This document shows, piece after piece, positions 12,001 to 25,800 of a DNA stretch of 64,000 bases; position 1 is the stretch's first letter; each line of letters starts with the position of its first letter. The translations under genes and the position numbers were made by a program. Source of the stretch: Hormiphora californensis (taxonomy: Eukaryota; Animalia; Ctenophora). Location of the stretch: the NCBI GenBank assembly GCA_020137815.1, contig CM035353.1:1674001-1738000 (forward strand), given 5' to 3'. A model generated the notes under the pieces. It did no database searches, was not told the DNA's origin, and was given only the letters and a program-made list of their open reading frames with translations.

Positions 12001-15000
12001 TTTAAATTAATATATCTTTATACTCCATATTAAGTGAAAAGATCTTCTTCATATATATTTCTCATTCTACCCTATATCCTATATCATAACCCCCCTACCC
12101 CATTTTAGTTCCCCGTGCACCTCGACTCAGTTCCACCAGTATATCTTCGTGAACCCTGCCCAACGAGTCCAGTGGACTGAGGAGTTGGGGAAACGTCAAG
12201 ATGTCCTCCGTAAGTTGCTCCTCGGTACGTCCTGCACTTCTCTTACTATCTGCATGTCCACAGTCCTTACCTATTACTCTGTATGTCTCCATAGTCCTTA
12301 CTTATTACTCTGTATGTCCACAGTCCTTACTTATTACTCTGTATGTCTCCACAGTCCTTACTTATTACTCTGTATGTCCACAGTCCTTACTTATTACTCT
12401 GTATGTCTCCACAGTCCTTACTTATTAATCTGTATGTCTCCACAGTCCTTACTTATTAATCTGTATGTCTCCACAGTCCTTACTTATTACTCTGTATGTC
12501 CAATGTCCTGTGTCCATAGCCCTTCCTATTCTGTCCCTTCATTTTGTCTACTTATTTCTCTACGTCGTTTACACAACTCCGAGCTATTTTGTACGTCTTT
12601 CTAAATGACTTTAAATTAATGAGCAATCTTTGTGGAGTGTGACTGAAAAAAAGATTGCAAGTGTCCTGGTGAATTAGTGATCCTGTCTCCAGGCCAGCTT
12701 TTGATTGTACGACGTAGAACACAATAATTTATGCAAAATATTTAAACATGCGAAGTAATCCACAAAAAAGATAGCATGATAACACAAAAAAGTAAGAAAC
12801 ACGCCAGTAAAAAACAATCCATAACTCAGTCTGGCTCCTTACGGAGAAAGTATAAAAAACAAACAGTTTATCAGGAAAAATCTATGCAATATGTTGAGGT
12901 ACATGTAAAGGAATGCTAGTTAAACCTGTAGGAGAGAAGTGCCCGCCTGATCGGAAGGGGAGCACCCCGGGCAAACAAGAATACCTTAAGTTCAAAATGC
13001 CAATTGATTTCGAACAGGTGGACCTGAGCATTCAGGGCCCTCCCCAGACGACCAGGGGTACGAGGATTTGAGGGGGGGGGGGGGGGGTTAAGGGTAAATG
13101 AATTTCAAAGTAAACTAAAACGGACAATTTGACATTTGATTTAAACAGACCGAAACACAAAAGCCCTGCAGCTTTTGTGAACAGATTGAATGGTCTAAGA
13201 CGGTCAGTATCATCGTCATGTTAGGTTGTATGGTCTTGTATAGTCTTGTATAGTCTCGGTATCTATCGTAATTTTGTAACTAATATTTAGATGCCAATTT
13301 CGTCATTCGTATTTTGTTTCGCTGTTTAGTTAGTCAGAAACCCTGCGAAGCAAAACTTTTTCATGTTACACTTGTTACCATGGATACTTACTGATTCGTT
13401 GACAAAAAGTCTGATTTGGATCACTACTCCAATCCTTTCCATCACCACAAGTGAGCTCACGTGCTCCAAGTACCACGAAATGAGTCTTGCAGGTGACATT
13501 AGCCACAGTTCCCACATCGCTGTCCGGCCACTGTCCAATTGTGGAGTAGTCGACGGAAAAACCAGGACAAGCTGAAAGATTTTTATAGTTCTAAATCTAG
13601 GACAAAAAGGGGGCAACGAAAAACTTTCATTGTCTTGTGCAAAAACTTCTAATATAAAATACTTGAAATAAAGACTAAAAATTACCTATCTTCTCACAAG
13701 TTGGCATTGTGCTTGTCGTCCATTGGCCGGCAGGCGAACAACTCAGTGTTTTTTCTCCACTAATCTCGAAAGATGTGTCACAAGTTAGGTCCAATGTAGT
13801 CCCTGCTTCTATTTCGTTCAAGTCGGTTTCTACGTTCGCAATTTTTAGATCGGCACACACTGAAATGATTGATATAGAATCATTAATGTTGTAAACAACT
13901 AAGGTATGTAAACGATGTTGAGTAGAATTTGTTCAATGATACGGCCTGACTGTGATCTGAGAACCCCCTGCTGAACGGATCTGTCCAACTGACTACTAAG
14001 AATTTGGACTTACATATTTTTTCACAAGTCAGACTACTTGGTGTCCATGTTCCCTGTTCGTTACATGTCAGCATTCCGGAACTGTCCTCTCCCTTTAGTT
14101 CGAATGTTGTTTGGCAAGTAATGGTTACAGTATCTGCTGCCTCGACACCAGAAATTTCTCCGTTTACCGAGTTTGTAACAGTTATTGAATCACAAACTGA
14201 AATTATGAAAATTTAATTAGTATAAGTAGTAAGTCCAATTTGTAGTCCTGAGAAAATTTGATTAGTATAATGATTAATGAATTAAGTTAGCAAATTGAAA
14301 CACAGTCGCTTAATCGTGTGGATTGTGGATGCTATAGTGCTGTGAGTGTACCTATTTTGTCGCATGTAGGCATTGTTTCAGTCCAAACTCCAGAGCTCCC
14401 TTCTAATTTGCAGGATATTTCACTTGCTCCGTTCAGTTGGTAGAGAGTGATACACGTGATAGTAATGGTTTCACCAACTTTAGCACTCCATGGGTTCATA
14501 ATGGAGTTGGCTATCGTGTGATCTGTACATGCTGAGGGAAGGGGGAGTGGGAACACTTGATCACTTACAATCACTTCAATGATAGGGCCTGACTGTGGTC
14601 TGAGAACCCTCTGCTGAACGGATCGGTTCAACTGACTACTAAGAATTTGGACTTACATATTTTTTCACAAGTGAACAGACTACTTGGTGTCCATGATCCC
14701 TGTTCGGTACATGTCAGTATTCCCGAACTGTCCTCTCCCTTTAGTTCGAATGTTGTTTGGCAAGTAATGGTTGCCGTATCCGCTGCCTCAACACCAGAAA
14801 TTTCTCCGTTTACCGAGTTTGCAACAGTTATTGAATCACAAACTGAATTATGAAAATTTAATTAGTATAAGTAGTAAGTCCAATTTGTAGTCCTGAGAAA
14901 ATTTAATTAGTATAATGAATTAATTAAGCAAATTGAAACACAGTCGCTTAATCATGTGGATTGTGGATACTATATAGTGCTGTGAGTGTACCTATTTTGT

Positions 15001-17750
15001 CGCATGTAGGCATTGTTTCAGTCCAAACTCCAGAACCTCCTTCTAATTTGCAGGATATTTCACTTTCTCCATTCAGTTGGTAGAGAGTGATACACGCTAT
15101 TGTGATGGTCTCACCAACTTTAGCACTCCATGGGTTTGTAGTATCAGAGTTGACTATCGTGTGATCTGCACAGGCTGGGGGAGGCGGGGCAGTGGGAACA
15201 TGTATGTTATCAATTACAATACTAATACCCGTCTATCATTCGTCCAACCGGAGGGAGAAATCAAATCTTATGTTCACTGATTATGCGGCTAATAAACAAT
15301 CAACCGATCCTTATTCTTATCAATCTCTCACTTGAATCTCATTTCTAATACCTATTTTTTCACAAGTTGGGAAGATGCTCCACTTTCCGTCGACGGTACA
15401 AGTGACTGGGTTATAGCTAGTTCCTTTTATTTCAAATGTATCGTCACAAGTGACAGTTATGGAGTTCCCTGCTTGGATCTGATTCAAACTTGTTGGCGAG
15501 TTTTGTATGGTTTCGTCAGGACAAACTGCAAGGGAGTGTAATTTAATTCTGGCAACGAATTATTTCTGCCGTGTTCAGGGTGCAGTTTAAAAAGGTTAGT
15601 CAGCTGAATGTGAGCCTACTGACTTCCCTCAAAGTGACCATATAATATGCCTGGAAATCAACATAACTACTCCAACATACCTTTCTTGATGCATTCTGGT
15701 TCTGAGTCCCATTTTCCACTGGACAAACATTTGATCCCGGTTTTACCATCCTTCCACTCAAATGTTGAATCGTGACAATTACAGTTCACTGTACTTACTG
15801 CATATTTCGTGTCAGATTGGATGTTGATGCCACAGCTTGCTATGGTTACGGCTGGGCATGCTGGAATGGTATGGTTGATCTTATTATTTATAATCATGAT
15901 TAGTAATTGTATTGAAAGTTTATCAAAATGTACACTACAGATGAACCCGTGCCCAAATGTGGTAAACTACCTAATGCAAATTTAACTATCTAATGAATAT
16001 ATCATTATTATGATATTATTTTTATCATTGTTGTTTACCTGGAGATAGTCTGTAGGCTTTTGAAACTGTATCTCCAGACCAGAACTTGACGTGAGTATAA
16101 TTTCCTTTCCAAGCATCTTTACAATCAGCAGTACTCAACGCGTATTCGATTATTTTTGTGTCCTCAAGATGTACCCTTATTTTGTCATCAGTAAGCCTGA
16201 TCGTCCAAACTCTCTCTTTGGCAATGTTATCATCGAACTTGTTATTTGAAGAAGCAACGTTATTTTTCGTCTCACAAAGGGAATCCAGATCCTTGGCCTT
16301 GTAGCCATACACATTGTATTTGAGCTTCATATCATTCCAAAATATTATAATGCCTCGAAGTTTATCAGCGTCTTTATCCTCCTCAGCTGCAAGGAATGCG
16401 ATATCAATTCCGTTTTTATCTTCTGGAAATGGGTCATCGGTCTTGATCTGAATTGGGACTCTTCGTCCGTCTTTCATAACATTAACTACAAGCTGCTTTT
16501 CTGTTTCCTTGGTAGTCCAATCTGTAACAAAGCGGAGTCAAAGAAATAAATAAGATGTGTAGTGGGAAGTGTTCTGATTGTCTACAAAACAATATATAAT
16601 CCAATGAGATTGATTGACGGTACATGATAATATAAATGCATTACCTGCAGTATCCGTAACAGCTGAAGCCACCAGGACAACGACAGCTATCGAAATCTTC
16701 AAACAAACTGAATCCATGTGTACTAAAAGTTTTAGAAGAATAAAATTGTTGTTTTAGTAAAACAAAATCGTGTTTTAGCAGGATATAAAACTAAAATGTG
16801 AGTTCCTGCTTTAAAGTAAGGGTTCGAAGGGTAATCTGATCTTTTCTAATCTAACACGTGCAGGGACCGATGGACAGAAGCTGGTATTGCAACAGAGTTA
16901 GAGCATATAGCACAAAGAACAAATCCTCAAGGGAAGGATAGAGAACAGTTAACGCTACGTGGTGAATCGATTTGTGGTGGGAGAGCAGGAAAGCCTTTAT
17001 ACAATCCACTAGAGACTGGGTAGAGAGTGAAAAGGATAGATCACAGAATGAAACGATCACATGATGATTAATTCATAAACTCTTTACCTCTCACTTTTTC
17101 TAGTTCTGTTTCTCTACACACACAGCTTCTAGAAGGGATGGAATGGTTTCAGATGCAATGCCTCTCTCTCTCACTCTTGTAGAGTCGGGCCATATCCTTC
17201 GAACGGAAGATTTGGCTTTATTCTTCATAGACACAAAAACATACATCCCTGCGAAATCTGTAATGCCAAAGAAAAATCTGAACACGTCTTAATTCATTAA
17301 TCAGCTCAGAAACAAACAACAGAGATTAGTTCCATCGGTGATTCTCAGCTTGACATCAATAAACCCACAAATTTGATATCGGTCTCGGTGACGCTAGAAA
17401 CTTTCTGGCGTCCATGTCTGATCAGGGGACTGTCTGGAGCGATTGACTTTGGTAAACATACAAGATTTGCCTAACAGCTGGAGTGGAAATTTGAAACAAT
17501 ATGGATAAAACAATATATCCGAATAACAGGGTTGAGCACGATCTTCTTTGTTGTGTGTGGTGAGCATTGAGCACTGTGCATCATCAGCTAGACTATAAGA
17601 CAATACAATGTTGTTAGAGACTAGAGAGAGCAGGTATTAATCTTTGCAGCTTTAGACAGGGGAGATAGTGAAAAGCATTAGCTCTAAGATCTCTCTGATC
17701 TCTCTGATCTCTCTGATCTCTCTGATCTCTATGATCTCTCTAATCTCTCT

Positions 17751-17814
<64 letters not shown>

Positions 17815-17827
17815 CTCTCTCTCTCTC

Positions 17828-17873
<46 letters not shown>

Positions 17874-19812
17874 AAGTTCCCTATGTTTCAGTTCATACTA
17901 AACACATGGACTGGTGTCAGGTCGGTGAGATGGAAGTCATATCTCCTGATCGATTAGCAACCCTCCTACCATCTGTTAAACACTTCATACCCATTGGACT
18001 ATCTACACCTTCTAATTTCAGTGTAAGAAACAAGCAATGTGTCCTTAAACGTTTCGTAGACAGTATACTATACATAATAGGTCATTTTACCGAAACACGT
18101 ACTAAACTCTGTGCTCAGTATTTTAACATATTCTTAACGTGCAGGCTAAATGTGCGGCTTCAGTGGTGAATCTAACTTGTCCAGTCACAGAGGACATCCT
18201 ATCCCGGATGCTCAGTGAACCTGTAGACCACCACACCGAGATAGTCGCAGAGAATCAGTTTAGTTCAACAGGTACTAGTAGTTAAATGAATCCTAATAGT
18301 ATGATATAATTTCCAATGTTTTGAGTGGATTGTTTATTCTAAAAGTTTCATGTCTTCATGAAAAAAAAAACAAAAAACACTAAAAGTGTGTATTGTCGTG
18401 ATATTAATACCGTGTGCGGCAAAAAAAAGCCCCCCCCCTAGACCACCATAGTTGCCGATGTGGTGGAGAGCTGTAACTTGGCAGGGTTGCTCCACTATGT
18501 CTATCTTGATCCTGACAGAAAAATCAGAGCTCTAGCTCAAAATTCATTTTTTTGATAGGAATGAACATTGTCATTCATTCCAAGAAAAAAATATTTTCGG
18601 TCCAGAATTCAAGCAATTATCTTTGGCCATCGATTAGCTTTCCAATGTGACCAAGATCATCTAAATTGGGCAACCACAAGAGACACAGTGTCATCTTTCT
18701 TAAATTTAATCAGGTCATGTGATCTTCACCGAATCGTTGAGTGTTCAGTATTACGAATCGGTCTAAGTGGTAGAGAATCACGTATCACGGCTACTAATGA
18801 GGGATGACGATGCTGATTGGTCATGAGATCTGTAGCTCTTTGATAAATGTCCTCTTTCCTCGAATCACATTACCCTGTATTGGTACACATACCTCATTAG
18901 CGGCCGTGATACGAGATTCCTCTGCCCATTGGCTCGATTAGCAATCCCGGATAATCAACGATTCGGTGAAGATCACATGACCTGACTAACTTTAAGAAAC
19001 ATGACACTGTGTCTCTTGTGGTTGCCCAATTTAGATGATCTTGGTCACATTGGAAAGCTAATCGATGGCCAAAGATAATTGCTTGAATTCTGGACCGAAA
19101 ATATTTTTTTCTTGGAATGAATGACAATGTTCATTCCTATCAAAAAAATGAATTTTGAGCTAGAGCTCTGATTTTTCTGTCAGGATCAAGATAGACATAG
19201 TGGAGCAACCCTGCCAAGTTACAGCTCTCCACCACATCGGCAACTATGGTGGTCTAGGGGGGGGGCTTTTTTTTGCCGCACACGGTATTAATATATCCCA
19301 ATCCACACTATATAACCCCCCAGAAGGTGATGGCAGCACCCTCCAACCAACCAGCACCCTCCACTACGACACAGAACTGAGTATACCACGGCGTCTTACC
19401 ACCCACCTCAACACCCCAGCTCCTAGTGTGGGACTGCCACCACCTCTCCCTGGGAACCATCCTAACTCCGCCGCTGCAACACCCGCTCTCACATTGGACG
19501 TTAAAAACCCTAGTCATCGGCAATCTATGATAGGTTAGTGATGTAGTAGTAAGTAGGAAGCCATGGGTGGTATTGATCAGTCTGCATTGTTATATTGTCA
19601 GTTTAGTTTTTCGATGTTTGCAAACATTTGAAGACCTAAACCCTGTTTTATTAGAACTGATCAAAACAACCGAATTTGATCTTGCATCAAACAAAGTGGA
19701 ACCTGAAGATATTTACGAGACACCCGATATTATCAACACATTGAGGGATGAACATCGGAAACAACAACTTTTACAGGTACTTTCACTTTCACTTTCACTT
19801 TCACTTTCTCTT

Positions 19813-19861
<49 letters not shown>

Positions 19862-22800
19862 CTGATGTGAAGAATCTGTATTGTTGTATTATAAAAGTAA
19901 CTCAGTGTTCTCCCAGCAACAAAGTATCGAAGAAGAAGAGGCACCTGGATCTAATGATTCCGATTTGTCTGACTTAGAGGCTGAGCTGATGGCAGGGGTA
20001 GGTGAACAAGACCCTGCTGATGATATCTCGGAGGCATCCACACCCGCCGCTGCTGCTGGGTCTCCAGACCATCTCCATGGCAACCATAATGCAGGGTCTC
20101 TAGACCATCTCCATGGCAACCATAATGCAGGGTCTCTAGACCATCTCCATGGTACCAACAACCAGAACACCCACCAAGAGGTACATAAAACTGTCACATG
20201 TTTATATAAAGCGTGAATCATGATGATGGAGCTAAACACTAAACAATGTCATTGAAATACTGACAAAAACACCCTGTTCCTCTAGCAACCGGAACCGTTG
20301 ATCGATCAGTTGAATATTCATGATTTTCCCGATGAGAGCTTCCACATTCCTGCGAACGAGGCCGGGCTAAGTTTCCTACAGGTCTGTACCAAATACAATA
20401 ACAGCTAGCTGAACTACTATTGTGATTTTAGTAATAGTAATTGTGATTTTAGTAATACAGTCGGACCCCGATTTAACGGCCCCCGATTTAGCGGCACCCC
20501 GATTTAACGGCAGGATAAATTTCCCCCAAAAATTTTTTTGTAAATTTTTTGAAAAGGTGTATCAACCACGTCCGAATCGTGTTTCGAATCGGTGCATCTT
20601 ATTGCATGTCTTGCTGGTAATTAGACGGTTCGAAACGAACAGATATGTGATCCCCATGAGGCCCATCGAATCGCAATTTTGACACTTGTTAAACTGGCTC
20701 CATGGGGATCACGTATCGGTTCGTTTCGAACCGTCTAATTACCAGCAAGACATGCGATAAGATGCACTGATTCGAAACACGATTTGGACGTGGTTGATAA
20801 AACTTTTAAAAATTTTCATAACTTTTTTTGCAAAATTTTACAGAATGATTGGCAATGCTTTGATCGGTGTTCCCCATGAATTTTCAGAAAAAAAAAATAT
20901 TTTGAAATTCAAATTCTTCCTCACCCCGCTTAAAGTGCCCCGATTCGGCATGGCATCACGTATCAGTTCGTTTCGATCCGTCTAATTAGCAGCAAGACAT
21001 GCGATAAGATGCACTTATTCGATAAACGATTCGGACGTGGTTCCCTATCTGTGTTTTCGAAACTATGGGACTTCGGTCAGTTTGTGTGCTGATCGGGAGT
21101 CTAAAAGAAGATGGAGAATGTGTCAAACTCCGCTAGCCGACCACAGGGAGGATGCCGAAACCCATTTTCTTAAAAAGGGTTAAAAAAGGTTAAAAAAGGT
21201 TAAAAAGGGTTAACAAGAGTTAATAAGGGTTAAAAAGGCGCAGCTTTCCCAAAAAACGCTGCGCATAACAAAAATTTTCAGCTTTTTTCGATTTTATTGT
21301 CAAAATTCTAAAAATTTTAGTAAAATAGCCGCGCGCGCGGTGGCAGCGCTCTTTGTTACTTCGCCTGTCGGCGCGCAACCAGGAAGTCCTATGACTTCCG
21401 GTTTTCGCCAAAAATTTTCTTTTTTTGTCCTCTTTCCAATACAAATTGACCGAAAATTTTATAATGAATTTCAATTTTCACTTAGGGAAGCCTATTGTAT
21501 ACATAATACATACATAGTATGTACCTTAGAAATTTTTATAATAATATAGAAATGATCATGTAATCAATACATGGACATTGTATTTAACACTTAAAGGTGT
21601 TTTAGTATAGCATTTTGGACAAAAATAGGGTTTTATAGGCCAAATATGCTCTACCCCGATTTAACGGACACCCCGATTTAACGGACAAAGCCCTTTCCCC
21701 CGAGGGTGCCGTTAAATCGGGGTCCGACTGTAGTACTTATAAGTAACATAAATGTTAAGTACTAGTACTTAGTTAAGTACTGCTAAATCGTTGTTTTCTT
21801 AAATTCATGTACTATAATAATAGCCATGATAGGTGCCCCAATTACATTATAATAAGTACCCCTCTCCCCCTAGGACTCCACCTCCACTACAGTTGGTGAT
21901 GATACGAGTTACGAGGGGTCCCGACCCCCCGGATCCCTCCTCGTGGATAGGTATGGGCAGGTTTACACGGACAAGATAACTAGTTACATCACAAATACCA
22001 CAATTGGTGACCAAGAGGAGGGAGAGGAGGGGGAGCAGCATCACGAGGAGGATGCCAGTTTGTTGGAGCTGGACAGTGATGATGAGGATGACACGCCAAG
22101 GTAATTAATTAGCTGATAATTAGCTGTTAATTAGTCAATTAATTAGCTATCAATTAGTCAATTAATTATCTGATAATTAGCTGTTAATTAGGAAGTTTAG
22201 ACTTTAGGTAGAGCTGGTAATTAGCTATCAATTAGCCAAATGTCTTTTTTAAATTAAATCTCTGCCAGGTTCGACAGTATCAAAGACTCCGGAGCGTTTT
22301 CATTGGAAACAGTCCAGCAACTATCGTCCCTACAATCAACCAACAATTCTAGTTTACCGGTATGTTGTTCATGTTTGTCTGTGCATATAAAGTGTAGATC
22401 TGCCAATACCTTGTGATGATCTAGCCCTTATTTACATTTATAACGGGGCGTAGATAGAGAGAGAGAGTGTCGAACAAAGCAACCACTACCATGTCGCTGA
22501 TCAGTCTCTCACCTCGGTACCCCCATCGACTGACACCTCTGACCTATGTTCCTCTGCTGCAACAACACGTGTAGCCTGCGACTCAACCTCCACTCCACAT
22601 ATCAGGTACTCTCAGAAGAAGGTCCGCCACTACCACTGCACGGGTATGACAACCAGCCATCCTGTGTGACTAGTGATACAAGGGCTGCCATTGAAGAATC
22701 TGAGTTACCAGTAACCATGGCAACATATGCTAACGTCCCAGAGGAGACCGTCAAATTGAGGTACAAATTGACGAGTTTTAGCTGCAATAAGGGAATTATT

Positions 22801-25800
22801 TTTCTTTTTTCCTTGTGCATATTACACCATGCCAGTTATACTAATTATTCAGGGTGTACTGGTACTCATTCAAATAGTTTTTCCATCACTTCTGCATGTG
22901 AAACGTTAATTTCACACTACAGAAGAAGATCAAGAACACTCCCATCTCTCTCAATCAACCTGAGATCCACCCAGTCCTTGCTCGACCCTGTCTCGCCGCG
23001 TCCCGGGTTTGAACAAAACAAATCCACTTGTAGGCACAAGGTAATAAGACGAGTTTCAAGTGCAAGAAAGAATAAATCTGATCGTCCTCCTGTGTCCCCA
23101 AAGAATGCTGCTCGTGCTGCAGGGGATGCCACTCTCACTGGATCAGAGGTCAGTACTGCAGTCGAACAAACAAACAAACAGTCGGACCCCGGTTTACAGT
23201 ACACGTGGTGCTCGGGGTTTCGCGTCCTTCTAACTCCATGATCTCTCTCCAGTACTCTCTAACGCCTAATCTCTCTCTCTAGTACTCTCTAACTCCCTGT
23301 CCTCTCTAGTACTCTCACTAACCCCCTCATCTCTCTCTAGTACTCTCTCTCCGATGACAACTGGCAGGATATAGAGCTGTATGAAAATGATGATAGTTCT
23401 GAGTTTGAACTACAAGATACCGATATATTCCTGTGTGGGCATGGTCAGAACGGGAAGGGTGAGGTAATTACATAATTAATTAATTAATTAATTAGTTAAA
23501 CACCCAGCACATGGTATAATGTGGGCCCTTATTATTTAAGATCCCAAAATACGAATATCATCGTCGATCTCTGATGTCAGTGTTTGTAGAATACACGATC
23601 TATTTTACCGTTTTATTGGATTATACACACGTCCATAAATCAATGTATATAGAGCTGAGATCAGAGATGGCTGTTATAGCAGTCATTAGCCGATCTGTTG
23701 AACTGTCTCAGCGATCCCTATTTTTGATCGAAAATATCCTTCTTACACAGATTTTGGTACTAAGAACATATCATCCCATTCAGATTGTAGTACTAAGACT
23801 AACAGAACCTACCCCTCACGTCGTACTTGATGTCGAGCTACCAGCCCAGGAGGCGTTGTGTTGTCACAGGGTCCCAGGGAAAACCGATACACTGTGGGTT
23901 GGAACACAAGATAGCAGGTACATACACATTAGTAGCTAATTAGTTAATTAACTTGTTGTAATTAGGTGATATAGTAGTCAAACATTATTACCGCATATCT
24001 ATATCGATGATTTAATATTCTATGCGAAAATTATGCCACACTTTACTCAACACTTATTCACATAATATAATATGTGGATAATATAGGCTCCAAGGGGGGT
24101 GTGTAATATTACCTACACACTCGGTCCCCAGATGCGGCATGTTATATTAACATTGAATAAACTCAAAGATATCAGGGAACGCGTTCTTTGCGTAGCGCGC
24201 GGGGTGTCTGATGTGATGAAAGGAGAGACAGGGCATTGTGAGCGCGCGCTCTTCAAGCAGAGGGCGACTTGACCTGCTGCTTCACATGTGCTTTTAAAAT
24301 TTGCAACTGCATGCTCTATCAAGCATGTCTCACACACTATCTCTATCAGGCTTCTAGTCTACCAGATGACGAAACCAACTGTCACCCTCCTGGAATTGAC
24401 ACTCGAAGGAGGTGAGTAAGATACCCGTTGGCCGTTAAATATAACTGCATCAAGATCACTTCAAATTTCAGTTTCACCAGCTGAATAAAAACAGATTTGT
24501 AGTTAATTGTTCAATTTCAGGGCCTATTACCAGTATATGCCATGTGGGTGATACTGTATTTGTTGGAACTTCAGAGGGTATCCTTCACGCATTCAACAGA
24601 GATGGTATGTGGGATATGCTCCAAGATTCAATAATTTTAATTTTTAATCCCCTAGACCTAGTATTATAGGATCGCCTCGGTGTGCGGACTCTAGTGCTAA
24701 AATCATGAAAAGCGAACTCGAGATTTCGGCCGTTAGGCCGGAAACGAGAGTTTGCTGTGCATCTATACTCATTTAGAAGTGTTAGGGCCGTTATTTGGGT
24801 TCGAGGTTAGGGGTTAGGGTAAAGGTTAGGGTTAGATATAGAGTCCTCCTTGGGTTTAGATATAGAGTCCGTTAGCACTAGAGTCCGCCCACCGATCGCC
24901 TCAGACCCCGATGTACCTAGCTGCTAGCTAACACACTGTATAGCTTAGTTTCCCCTGCTGCTACAGCTGCTATAACAGTCAGCTCCTATAACATATAACA
25001 ATTCTCCCTTATTCCAGATTCAGATAATGAGTGGTGTGATAATGATCCTGTGAGCAAGAAACTTGGTAGCAGCTCGATATGTGAGATGCTCCAGGTGGGG
25101 TGGAATGTGTGGTGTAGCAGTGGCTGCCAAATATTCGTTGTTTCTCCACCAGACTGCACTGTTGAGGTTAGTTTAGTTAGCTAGTTGTGGTTAGCAGCTG
25201 TTATACCCTCTCTTTGCGAGCTCCCTTTCGCAGCTTTTCTACCCCCCAAACCTCTCTTTACAAGCTCCCTTTCGCAGCATTTGTTTTCAACACACAACAA
25301 CACGACAGCACAAGTTTACAAGATGGTTCTGAGTGGTAGTGGTGTTTGGCTTGCAATACGGAACAGCCCTGTAATACGACTCTTCCACGCCAAGAGTGGT
25401 CAGCACATTGAGGACTATGATATCAGCACTGTCGTACACCATCTTTTTACTGGTATGTAAATCAGGAACCGACCGAAACAACTAAACAACCAATCAGAAC
25501 TCGTTATTTAGGTCACGTGACTGGTTATCAGCCAATCAGGGACCAGTATTTCCTGATTCGGTCGGTTCCTGATGTAAATGTGTAGATCGTCTGCACCATG
25601 TGTTGCCTTGTGTGGCTCACACCGCATTTTCTGAGGGTTCGGCAGATGGTATGCTTAGATTCTATGATACGTTATTGGGAACAGTCAATAACTCGTACTC
25701 ACTCAATAAATCCACTATTTCAGGTTCTAGTAACATGTCGAGGAGACGGCGCTCAGAGAATGTCCGTGTCACGGCCCTTCTCTCCAACCCGACCACCGGA

